From contig MHEA01000034.1 of NCBI GenBank assembly GCA_001805085.1, positions 1 through 36,933 of the forward strand: 36,933 bases of DNA. The letters are read 5' to 3'. Shown here piece by piece: positions 10,514 to 18,889 of the stretch. Below the pieces are notes generated by a model. It saw nothing but the letters and a program-made list of their open reading frames with translations, had not been told where the DNA came from and searched no databases. Position 1 is the first letter of the stretch. Every line of letters begins with the position of its first letter. The translations under genes were made by a program, and so were the position numbers. The DNA is from Nitrospirae bacterium GWC2_57_9 (GTDB lineage: Bacteria; Nitrospirota; UBA9217).

Positions 10514-10535
10514 TTCGAGTTCGGAGTGCGGAATT
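10514..10535. repeat. Family B copy 2: 22-mer TTCGAGTTCGGAGTGCGGAATT directly after a stop codon
   Basis: It begins on the base after TGA 10511-10513 and is identical to 15673-15694. It continues as ...cggaatgc (a gaattcggaat unit). Confidence 0.8.
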
Positions 10536-10716
10536 CGGAATGCATGCGGCATCGTGAACTAATCGCTCCTTGAAACCAGCTACGGCGCGAATGTAACTCC
10601 TTCCCTTTATATATCCTCATATCTCCAAACTGTGCTAAAATGTGAATAGAGACAAGCAGTTGGGCTTTGCTTATCCTTGAAAATACAGGACTTATTCAAT
10701 CCCGATTGAGGCATAT

Positions 10717-12663
10717 ATGGCAAAGAACGTAACCCATAAGATACTGGAAGCCCATCTTGTCGAAGGCGAACTGGTCCCGGGCAAAGAGATCGGGATCCGG
10801 ATCGATCATACGCTGCTGCAGGATGCAACGGGCACGGTGGCCATGCTCGAGTTCGAGTCACTCGGCATCGACAAGGTGAGGACCGAGCTTTCGGCCCAGT
10901 ACGTCGACCATAACCTTCTTCAGACAGACAACAAGAACGCCGACGATCATAAGTTCCTTCAGACGGCGGCGGCGCGGTACGGCATCCATTTCAGCATGCC
11001 CGGCAACGGCGTTTCCCACCAGGTGCACATGGAGCGCTTCGGCGCTCCGGGCAAGACGCTCCTGGGCGCCGACAGCCATACTCCGGGAGCAGCCGGGGTC
11101 TCGATGCTCGGCATCGGGGCGGGCGGACTGGATGTCGCCCTGGCCATGGCCGGGTATCCCTATTATCTTTCCTGCCCGAACGTGCTCGGCGTAAGACTGA
11201 CCGGCAGGCTGCCCGATTGGGTGAGCGCCAAGGACGTGATCCTGGAGATGCTGCGGCGCTACGATGTCAAAGGCTGCATCGGCAAGATCATTGAGTACTA
11301 CGGCCCCGGCGTTGCGTCACTTTCAGCGACGGACCGCGAGACCATCGGCAACATGGGGACCGAGACCGGCGCGACCACCTCGATCTTTCCTTCCGACAAG
11401 AGGACCCGTGAATATCTGATCGCCCAGGGCAGGGGAGAGGCCTGGGTCCCGCTCGCTGCCGACGAAGGCGCGACCTACGACGAATACGCGGAGATCGACC
11501 TCTCGAAGCTCGAACCGCTCATCGCGAAGCCCTCGTCCCCGGGCAATGTCGTTGCGGTCCGGGAAGCGGCCGGAACGAAAGTGGACCAGGTGATCGTGGG
11601 CAGCAGCGTCAATTCCTCCTTCCGGGACCTGATGGTCGCCGCCAAAATGCTGGAAGGCCGGAGGGTCCATCCCAACACTTCGTTCCATGTGAATCCCGGA
11701 AGCAGGCAGGTGCTCGAGAACGTGTACCACGCAGGAGGATTGCTTGCGTTCCTCACGACCGGCGCGCGGGTGCATGAGCCCGGGTGCCAGGGCTGCATCG
11801 GCATGGGCCAGGCACCAGGCACGAACGAGGTGAGCCTCCGGACATTCCCGCGCAATTTCCCGGGCAGATCAGGCACGAAGGACGACAAGGTCTATCTCTG
11901 TTCGCCCGAGACGGCAACCGCGGCAGGCCTCACGGGCGTGATCACCGACCCCCGGGAGCTGGGAAAGGAAATGGCCTATCCCAGGATCGAGGACCCGAAG
12001 GAGTACAAGATCGATTCCCGGTCCATCATCTTTCCGTCGCCGGAGCTTTCCAGGACCGAGATCGTGCGCGGTCCGAACATACGTCCGCTGCCGTCCCTCG
12101 AACCCCTGCCGGATAGGCTCACTGCCGAAGTGGTGCTGAAAGTCAGCGACAATATCTCGACGGACGGGATCATGCCCGCGGGAAACCGGGTGCTGCCGCT
12201 TCGGTCCAATATCGAAGCGTTGAGCGCATTCGTCTTTTCCCAGATAGCACCGGATTTTGCAAAGGACTGCAAGGCGGTCCAGGGACCGGTTGCGGTCGTG
12301 GGCGGCGAGAACTACGGCCAGGGATCGAGCAGGGAGCATGCGGCCCTGGCGCCCCGCTATCTCGGCGTCCGGGTCAAGATCGCCAAGAGCTTCGCCCGCA
12401 TCCATAAGTCCAACCTCTGCAACTTCGGGATCCTTCCGCTCACGTTCAGGAATCCCGTGGACTACGAGCTGTTGAACAAGGGCAGCAGGATAGTGCTTCC
12501 TGATCTGCGTAAACGGATCGAGCGGGGAGACCGGGAGATCCCGGTCGAGCTGGCCGGCCAGACGATCATTACCCTGCTGGACGTGTCTGACCGGCAGCGA
12601 AAGCACCTGCTCGCAGGCGGGACGCTGAACTACGTGAAGGAACAGCTGATGGTGCAGGTATAA
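10717..12663 (+). CDS. acn: Aconitate hydratase (short, roughly 650-aa type)
   Basis: Motifs seen are GADSHTPGAAG, the CQGCIGMG Fe-S ligand region and GENYGQGSSREHAA of the swivel domain. Confidence 0.9.
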   Translation: MAKNVTHKILEAHLVEGELVPGKEIGIRIDHTLLQDATGTVAMLEFESLGIDKVRTELSAQYVDHNLLQTDNKNADDHKFLQTAAARYGIHFSMPGNGVSHQVHMERFGAPGKTLLGADSHTPGAAGVSMLGIGAGGLDVALAMAGYPYYLSCPNVLGVRLTGRLPDWVSAKDVILEMLRRYDVKGCIGKIIEYYGPGVASLSATDRETIGNMGTETGATTSIFPSDKRTREYLIAQGRGEAWVPLAADEGATYDEYAEIDLSKLEPLIAKPSSPGNVVAVREAAGTKVDQVIVGSSVNSSFRDLMVAAKMLEGRRVHPNTSFHVNPGSRQVLENVYHAGGLLAFLTTGARVHEPGCQGCIGMGQAPGTNEVSLRTFPRNFPGRSGTKDDKVYLCSPETATAAGLTGVITDPRELGKEMAYPRIEDPKEYKIDSRSIIFPSPELSRTEIVRGPNIRPLPSLEPLPDRLTAEVVLKVSDNISTDGIMPAGNRVLPLRSNIEALSAFVFSQIAPDFAKDCKAVQGPVAVVGGENYGQGSSREHAALAPRYLGVRVKIAKSFARIHKSNLCNFGILPLTFRNPVDYELLNKGSRIVLPDLRKRIERGDREIPVELAGQTIITLLDVSDRQRKHLLAGGTLNYVKEQLMVQV

Positions 12664-12744
12664 CAAATCCTAAATCCGAAGCACGAAATCCTAGATTTGA
12701 ATTTCGATATCGTTTAGAATTTCGAGCTTCGAATTTCGAGATTG
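12664..12744. repeat. Family A palindrome copy 4 (CGAAAT/ATTTCG variant), acn-citrate synthase spacer
   Basis: caaatcctaaatccgaagcacgaaatcctagatttgaatttcgata faces tcgtttagaatttcgagcttcgaatttcgagattg. Confidence 0.75.
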
Positions 12745-12764
12745 TCATGGATAGAAGGTCACCT

Positions 12765-13988
12765 ATGAATGCCAAAACTCAAAGAAGAGACACTACAGAA
12801 AAAGCTGAAGAGAAGACGAAAAACATCGGCTTGCGCGGCGTGACGGTTGCGGATACGAAGATCTCCGACGTGGACGGCGAGAACGGCATCCTGATCTACC
12901 GGGGGTACCGGATCGAGGACCTGGCGAAGAATTCGGCCTTTGAGGAGACTGCTTACCTGCTCCTGCACGACGACCTGCCGACCGATGAACAGTTGAAGGA
13001 CTTCAAGCAGCGCCTCGCAAAGGCCCGGCAGGTTCCCACGTTCATACTGAATGCGCTCAAGACCTGGCCCCATGGCGCGAATCCCATGGACGCGCTCCAG
13101 GCGTCCGTGCCGCTCCTTGCCATGGCGGACCCGGAACTGGAAGTGGAGACGCGGGAGGCAAACGTGGCGAAAGCCACTCGTCTCATCTCCCGGATCCCCG
13201 GTGTTGTTGCCGCCTGGCAGCGTATCCGTCATGACCAGGAGCCGATACCGGCTGATGAGCGGCTGAGCCATGCCGAGAATTTCCTGTGGCAGCTGACCGG
13301 GAAAAAGCCAGATGCGGAAATTGCCATGGATCTGGATATTGCGCTGATCCTGCATGCGGACCATTCCTTCAATGCTTCGACGTTCGCCTGCCGCGAGGTG
13401 GTGTCAACGCAGGCGCACATGTACGCCGCGGTGGCCGCGGGCGTGGGCGCGCTTTCCGGAAGCCTGCACGGCGGCGCCAATGCGGAGGTCATGAAGATGC
13501 TGCAGGACGTCCAGAACGAGAAGGATCTGGCCGAATGGGTCCGGTCGCAGCTCGGATCGGGTAAAAAGATCATGGGCATGGGCCATGCCGTATACAAAAC
13601 GAACGATCCCCGTGCCCAGTTCCTGAAGGAGATGGGCGGACGCCTGGGTCGAAAGCTCGGCCAGGAGCAGTGGCATCGGATGCTGAGGGAGATTGAAGCG
13701 GCGGCATTGGCCGAGTTCGAGAAGCGGGGAAAGACGACGATCAAGCCCAATGTGGATTTCTACAGCGCGCCCGTCTACCACCTCATGGGCATTCCCGGCG
13801 ACCTGATGACCCCCGTCTTTGCCATTGCCCGCATCGCCGGCTGGACGGCTCATATCATCGAGGAGAAGTTCGGCGAGGCCCAGGGCAAGCCGGCGCTGTA
13901 CCGGCCGTCCTCCGAATACATAGGCAACTACTGCGGCAGGACCGGGTGCGTGTATAAGCCGAAGGAGGAGAGGGCAAGCACCAAATAA
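12765..13988 (+). CDS. gltA: Citrate synthase
   Basis: Track ORF 12747..13988. ATG 12765 has a better SD (AGAAGG 7 nt upstream), but 12747 is also possible. Motifs seen are LILHADHSFNAST and the GMGHAVYKTNDPR citrate synthase signature. Confidence 0.9.
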   Translation: MNAKTQRRDTTEKAEEKTKNIGLRGVTVADTKISDVDGENGILIYRGYRIEDLAKNSAFEETAYLLLHDDLPTDEQLKDFKQRLAKARQVPTFILNALKTWPHGANPMDALQASVPLLAMADPELEVETREANVAKATRLISRIPGVVAAWQRIRHDQEPIPADERLSHAENFLWQLTGKKPDAEIAMDLDIALILHADHSFNASTFACREVVSTQAHMYAAVAAGVGALSGSLHGGANAEVMKMLQDVQNEKDLAEWVRSQLGSGKKIMGMGHAVYKTNDPRAQFLKEMGGRLGRKLGQEQWHRMLREIEAAALAEFEKRGKTTIKPNVDFYSAPVYHLMGIPGDLMTPVFAIARIAGWTAHIIEEKFGEAQGKPALYRPSSEYIGNYCGRTGCVYKPKEERASTK

Positions 13989-14160
13989 CAAGCACCAAAC
14001 TCCAAATAAGCTCCAAGTTCCAATGATCAAAGCTCGAAACGTTTGAATTCTGGAGTGAGCGCATTCCCCGCAGCTTGCTGCAGGGAGCTTCAATATGATG
14101 GGTGCTTGGAAATTGGATATTATTTGAGATTTGTTATTTGTAATTTGGAATTTATTTAAG
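13974..14160. repeat. Family A palindrome copy 5, overlapping the last codons and stop of citrate synthase, with a GC hairpin nested at its centre
   Basis: The left arm gcaagcaccaaataacaagcaccaaactccaaataagctccaagttccaatgatcaaagctcgaaacg faces the right arm gggtgcttggaaattggatattatttgagatttgttatttgtaatttggaatttatttaag. The centre carries the family D hairpin (14063-14094). Confidence 0.8.
14063..14094. repeat. 32-nt GC hairpin repeat (family D, copy 1)
   Basis: attccccgcagcttgctgcagggagcttcaat. The stem is ccccgcagc/gctgcaggg with one C-A mismatch. It is 29/32 identical to 25446-25476. Confidence 0.75.
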
Positions 14161-14260
14161 CGGGAGGCGCATGGCGACCAAGAGAACAGTGAAAAGTCGG
14201 AAGGCCAAAGCAGGGAATGCCGAGGCAAAAGCCACGTCCTCCCCCAAGGGGGTGAACAGT

Positions 14261-15670
14261 ATGAAGGTCAGTTCATTAAAGTCTTTTATTGAAAAGCGAA
14301 AGAGCATTCAGTCCATCAATCCCTATACCGAAGAGGTGATGAAAGAGATTCCGCTCATGACCCGCGACGATATCGCTGCTCAGGCCGAACGTTCCCGCGA
14401 GGCATTCAAAAGCTGGAGCAGCAGGCCCTTGTCCGAGAGGACGGGGCTCGTCAAGAAGCTTGGAGACCATCTCCGGGCGGACAAACGGAAATACGCAGAG
14501 CTGATCACCAAGGAGATGGGCAAACCGATCAAGGAGTCCCTGGCCGAGATCGAGAAATGCGCCTGGCTCTGCGATTATTATGCGGAGAACGCAGGGAACT
14601 TCCTGAAGCCGGAAGAGATCAGGACCGAGAACAAAAAGAGCATGGTCCTGTTCCAGCCCCTGGGCGTGGCGCTCGCGATCATGCCCTGGAACTTCCCCTA
14701 CTGGCAGGCGTTCCGGTTCGGCATACCGGCAGTCACGGCCGGCAATGTCATTCTGCTGAAGCATGCATCCAATGTCCCACAGACCGCGCTTTCCATCGAG
14801 GACGCCTTCAGGGCGGCCGGGTTCCCGGAGGACGTGTTCAAGACCCTGATCATCGATGTGAAGGAAGCGCTGAACTTGATCGACACTGACCAGGTGGATG
14901 CTGTTTCCCTCACCGGGAGCAACGCAGCCGGGGAGCAGGTGGGCGCCCATGCAGGAGCGAAGATCAAGAAACTTGTGCTCGAACTGGGCGGTTCCGACCC
15001 CTTCATCGTGCTCGATGACGCGGACGTGGAGAAGGCCGGCAGAACGGCGGCCAACGCGCGCATGATCAACGCGGGCCAGAGCTGCATCGCGGCCAAACGG
15101 TTCATTGTGATGGACAAGGCGGCGGAGGAGTTCAGGACGCATTTCATCGCGCGGCTGAAGGAGCTGAAGGTCGGCGATCCCATGGACGAAAGCACGGATG
15201 TGGGTCCGCTGGCGCGGCGTGACCTGCTCGAGGCGCTGAACAGGCAGCTGCAGGACGCAAAGAAGAGCGGGGCAGAGATCGTCCAGATCGGCAACGGCGC
15301 CGGCAGCAAAAAGGGGTTCTTCTTCTCGCCCGTGGCTGTCTTTAATCCCAGGCTCGACAGCAAGGTCATGAAGGAAGAGGTATTCGGACCGATCGCGCCG
15401 GTCGTCGTGGTGAAGAGCGAGGACGAAGCCGTCAGGATCGCGAACGACACCGAGTTCGGCCTGGGGGCGTCCATCTGGAGCAGGAACATCGACCGGGCAG
15501 AGAAACTGGCTGCCAGGGTCGAGTCCGGGTTCGTGGCGATCAACGACTCCGTGAAATCCGATCCGCGCCTGCCCTTCGGCGGCGTAAAGAAGTCGGGCAT
15601 CGGCAGGGAGCTGTCGGAGTACGGGTTGAAGGAGTTCGTGAATATCAAGACCGTGGTGGTGAAAGAATAG
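14261..15670 (+). CDS. NAD(P)+-dependent aldehyde dehydrogenase, succinate-semialdehyde dehydrogenase-like
   Basis: Track ORF 14171..15670. ATG 14261 (MKVSSLKSF...) follows AAGGGGGTG and gives a typical length of about 469 aa. ALDH catalytic motifs are LELGGSDP (Glu) and NAGQSCIAAKRF (Cys). Substrate assignment is by resemblance and context only. Confidence 0.8.
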   Translation: MKVSSLKSFIEKRKSIQSINPYTEEVMKEIPLMTRDDIAAQAERSREAFKSWSSRPLSERTGLVKKLGDHLRADKRKYAELITKEMGKPIKESLAEIEKCAWLCDYYAENAGNFLKPEEIRTENKKSMVLFQPLGVALAIMPWNFPYWQAFRFGIPAVTAGNVILLKHASNVPQTALSIEDAFRAAGFPEDVFKTLIIDVKEALNLIDTDQVDAVSLTGSNAAGEQVGAHAGAKIKKLVLELGGSDPFIVLDDADVEKAGRTAANARMINAGQSCIAAKRFIVMDKAAEEFRTHFIARLKELKVGDPMDESTDVGPLARRDLLEALNRQLQDAKKSGAEIVQIGNGAGSKKGFFFSPVAVFNPRLDSKVMKEEVFGPIAPVVVVKSEDEAVRIANDTEFGLGASIWSRNIDRAEKLAARVESGFVAINDSVKSDPRLPFGGVKKSGIGRELSEYGLKEFVNIKTVVVKE

Positions 15671-15672
15671 AC

Positions 15673-15694
15673 TTCGAGTTCGGAGTGCGGAATT
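15673..15694. repeat. Family B copy 3: the same 22-mer, 2 nt after a stop codon
   Basis: ttcgagttcggagtgcggaatt, 2 nt after TAG 15668-15670. Confidence 0.8.
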
Positions 15695-15720
15695 AAGAAA
15701 AGGCATGAACCGCGAAGCAT

Positions 15721-16060
15721 TGTCTCACAGGTCGCCACGGAGCCACGAAGAGAAAAAATTAAGGCGAAATGCTTTGTCTCGCGCAAAGCCGCAAAGACGC
15801 AAAGAAGGAGCGAACAACTGCTTATTCTTGTTAGCCCGTAACAGAAGCAGGGGATTTAGCGATTTTGTTTCTTTCGAATTTGAGGGCTGCATTAAAAGAT
15901 TGAATTCCGGCTTTCATAAGGACTTCTTCGTGGCTTTAGTGAGAGACCGGGGTTGTTTTTTGCATTGTTTTCCCTTTGCGACTTTGCGGCTTTGCGCGAG
16001 ACCGTTTTTGACTTGTTCTTTGTTTTTCTCCGGGTTCTCGTGCCTCTGCAAGAGACCGGG
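15721..16060. mobile_element. MITE-like non-coding element with nested inverted repeats (family C, copy 1)
   Basis: The 29-bp inverted repeats gtctcgcgcaaagccgcaaagacgcaaag (15776-15804) and ctttgcgactttgcggctttgcgcgagac (15974-16002) are 28/29 complementary. The outer arms ...gccacggagccacgaagagaaaaa / tttttctccgggttctcgtgcc are also inverted. There is no ORF with protein character inside. Confidence 0.65.
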
Positions 16061-16087
16061 TGTATATTTTCCCCGTTAGGAGAGTGA

Positions 16088-17722
16088 ATGAAAGCATCTG
16101 ACCTGTTCGTGAAGCAGCTGGAAGAAGAAGGCGTGAAATACATCTTCGGCCTGCCCGGCGAGGAGAACCTGGACCTGCTCGAATCGCTCCGGAGTTCGGA
16201 GATCAAGGTTGTCATCACCCGGCATGAACAGGCAGCTGCCTTCATGGCAGCCACCTACGGACGTCTCACGGGAAAGGCGGGCGTCTGCTTCTCGACGCTC
16301 GGGCCCGGCGCAACGAACCTGGTGACCGGCGTTGCCCATGCGCAGTTGATCGGCGCTCCGCTTATCTCCATCTCGGGTCAGAAAGCTCTCCGGGAGAACC
16401 GGCAGGCGCGCTTCCAGCTGATCGACATCGTGAGCATGATGCGGCCGGTCACCAAGGATGCCCTTACGATCGTCGATCCCGGCATGATCCCGACCGTGCT
16501 CCGGAACGCCTTCAAGCTGGCCCAGGCTGAACGGCCGGGCGCGGTCCATATCGAACTGCCCGAGGACGTGGCCGAGACCGAGACGGTCGCTGAGGTCCAG
16601 TCGCGGGGCCTCGTGCGCAGGCCTGCCCCGGACCCCAAGGCGCTCCACCGGGCGGCTGATATGATCAGCAAGGCCCGGAACCCGCTCATCATCCTTTCCT
16701 CGGGCGCCAACCGGAACCTGATCACCAAGCAGCTCATGCAGTTCATCCACCAGACGGGTATCTTTGCCGTGCACACCCAGATGGGCAAGGGCGTGGTGAG
16801 CGACGACTCGCAGTACAGCCTTTTTGCCACGGGCATTCACCGCCGCGACTACGTCAACTGCGGCATCGACCGGGCCGACGTGATCATCACGATCGGCTAC
16901 AATATCGTCGAGTATCCGCCCTATGTCTGGAACCGGGACCTGACCAAGAAGATCATCAACATCGATTTCGTGGAGGCGGAGACGGACAAGTACTACAACC
17001 CGGACATCGAGGTGATCGGCGATATCTCCTGCGCTCTTCGCGAGCTGGGAGAGCTGGTCCCGGCGCGTAAGAACGGCGAGGTGTTCAAGAATACCCGGGC
17101 CTTCCTGGAAAAAAAGCTCGCCCTGGACTACAAAAAACAGTATCCGCCCTCGCCCATGGAGATCGTCTCGCAGGTGCGGAGCGTGCTCGCACCCGAGGAC
17201 ATCCTGACCCTGGACAACGGCATCTACAAGTTGTGGTTCGCGCGGCTGTACAAAACGTACAAGCCGAACACGTTCCTGCTGGACAACGCCCTGGCAACCA
17301 TGGGTGCGGGCATGCCTGCAGGGATCGCGGCCAAGCTGGTTAGACCCGACCGGAACGTGCTGGCCGTCGTGGGCGACGGCGGGTTCATGATGAACTCACA
17401 GGAGATCGAGACAGCGCTCCGCTATTCCATCCCGCTCGTGGTCCTCGTGCTGAACGACAACGGCTTCGGTTTCATCAAGTGGGAGCAGCAGGCCAAGGGG
17501 TTCGGGAGCTTCGCCCTGGACACGGGCAATCCCGATTTTGTGAAGTACGCCCAGAGCTACGGGGCCATCGGTATGAAGGTGAACCAGGGCGACGATCTCG
17601 CAGCCGTGCTGCGGGAGGCCTTCGCGAAAAAGAAGTTTGTGCTCGTGGAATGCCCCATCGACTATTCCCAGAACTACGAGACTTTTTCAAGAGAACTGGC
17701 CAGCATCGCCTGCGAGTTCTAG
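16088..17722 (+). CDS. Acetolactate synthase-like thiamine-diphosphate enzyme (candidate 2-oxoacid decarboxylase)
   Basis: 544 aa with an N-terminal Pyr domain (FGLPGEENLDLLESL...RHEQAAAFMAATYGRLTGKAGVCFSTLGPGATNL) and the ThDP motif GDGGFMMNSQEIETALRYSIPLVVLVLNDNGFG. No small ilvN-type subunit gene is adjacent. Confidence 0.85.
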   Translation: MKASDLFVKQLEEEGVKYIFGLPGEENLDLLESLRSSEIKVVITRHEQAAAFMAATYGRLTGKAGVCFSTLGPGATNLVTGVAHAQLIGAPLISISGQKALRENRQARFQLIDIVSMMRPVTKDALTIVDPGMIPTVLRNAFKLAQAERPGAVHIELPEDVAETETVAEVQSRGLVRRPAPDPKALHRAADMISKARNPLIILSSGANRNLITKQLMQFIHQTGIFAVHTQMGKGVVSDDSQYSLFATGIHRRDYVNCGIDRADVIITIGYNIVEYPPYVWNRDLTKKIINIDFVEAETDKYYNPDIEVIGDISCALRELGELVPARKNGEVFKNTRAFLEKKLALDYKKQYPPSPMEIVSQVRSVLAPEDILTLDNGIYKLWFARLYKTYKPNTFLLDNALATMGAGMPAGIAAKLVRPDRNVLAVVGDGGFMMNSQEIETALRYSIPLVVLVLNDNGFGFIKWEQQAKGFGSFALDTGNPDFVKYAQSYGAIGMKVNQGDDLAAVLREAFAKKKFVLVECPIDYSQNYETFSRELASIACEF

Positions 17723-17771
17723 CGGCATAAGGCGGCAGCAGGTCGCTTTTCATCCAGGAAAATAACCGATT

Positions 17772-18116
17772 ATGAAAGAACCGGATTCGAAATTGGTCTA
17801 CTCGACAGAGTGGGCAGTGCCGAGAAAAGAAAAGCCTGCAGATCGCAAATCCGCGACACCTGCCGCTTCCGCAGGGAAAAGCGGGACGAGCGTTCGCTTA
17901 GACCGCAAGGGCAGAGGCGGCAAGTCAGTTACGGTAATAGAAGGGCTTAATCTTTCCATTAACGATAGCGAAAAGCTCCTGAAAGAGTTAAAGGCGAAAC
18001 TTGGTTCCGGAGGAGCTGTTAAGAACGGGGCGCTGGAAATTCAGGGGGATCATTGCGAGGCGGTCATGGCAGAGTTGGCCAGGATCGGCTGCAAGCCGAA
18101 ACGGTCGGGTGGATAA
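17772..18116 (+). CDS. yciH: Translation initiation factor SUI1/YciH family protein
   Basis: 114 aa. VRLDRKGRGGKSVTVIEGL...LKELKAKLGSGGAVKNGALEIQGDH is the typical SUI1 fold sequence. Confidence 0.85.
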   Translation: MKEPDSKLVYSTEWAVPRKEKPADRKSATPAASAGKSGTSVRLDRKGRGGKSVTVIEGLNLSINDSEKLLKELKAKLGSGGAVKNGALEIQGDHCEAVMAELARIGCKPKRSGG

Positions 18117-18175
18117 CAGTTAGAGCGCTCGGCACAAGAGTCGAACATTATAGAGCTTGACTTGACCACCATGTC

Positions 18176-18865
18176 CTAAGATGCCGGAGACGGATCGAAG
18201 CCTTTAACGATCAGCCAAATCGCCAAAACCAGTTCCTGCAAGGCTATCGGAAGATTTAAAATAACCTGTATGGCGGACAGGGCGCCAATGAGGCGGAACA
18301 GAAAGAGCATGCTTGCTGTTACGGCCAGCCCGATCCCAATAAGGCCCCAGATCGATAACCATCGTGGAATGAGTTTTGATCGATAAAATATATAGTAATA
18401 TATCAGAGCACCGATGCACCAGGGCAGTATCGCTGCAACATGGCTCACCCAATCACGTCCTGCTATTAATACAGCACTCAAGGTTTGGAAATAGGATGAT
18501 TCCGGAGCGCCTGCTTTCACAAATTCCCGGCTTAATGCCAACAGTAGCAGCAACCCGAGCACACCGACAATATGGAACACTGCCTCAATCATCCTGAAGC
18601 CGGCAGATCCGAGAGCCAGAGCATGGTCATATTTTTTCAAGACCGGATAAAGAGAGATCCCGATACCAGCACATGCAGCAGCCATAATGAACAGAAGGAG
18701 GGCGCCTGTTATTACCTGGTTTTGATTTGCAGAAATTTTAATAAAATGATCGGGAGCATCTAAAATAGGTTGTGTAAAAGCAACACCAAGTATCCCGGAA
18801 ATAATCGCGATGATAAATAGTACTCCCGCAGTTCTTGCCGTTTTCTTGTTTGTGCTCATCAGCAT
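18176..18865 (-). CDS. DUF4386-like integral membrane protein (paralogue 1)
   Basis: 229 aa, multi-TM. KKTARTAGVLFIIAIISGILG...SLYPVLKKYDHALALGSAGFRMIEAV matches my recollection of the DUF4386 pattern. It is clearly paralogous to 19461..20168 (shared ...RSKLIPRWLS.WGL..., LQELV..IWLI.KGFDP). Confidence 0.65.
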   Translation of the reverse strand: MLMSTNKKTARTAGVLFIIAIISGILGVAFTQPILDAPDHFIKISANQNQVITGALLLFIMAAACAGIGISLYPVLKKYDHALALGSAGFRMIEAVFHIVGVLGLLLLLALSREFVKAGAPESSYFQTLSAVLIAGRDWVSHVAAILPWCIGALIYYYIFYRSKLIPRWLSIWGLIGIGLAVTASMLFLFRLIGALSAIQVILNLPIALQELVLAIWLIVKGFDPSPAS

Positions 18866-18889
18866 TCTTTCTTAAATAGCATTTATAGT

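Noticed and set aside
14063-14094. Possible CRISPR repeat. The reverse strand reads ATTGAAGCTCCCTGCAGCAAGCTGCGGGGAAT, and a second copy lies at 25446-25476.
   Set aside because: Each copy is solitary. There are no regularly spaced repeats or spacers and no cas genes in the window. It is treated as a REP-like dispersed hairpin instead.
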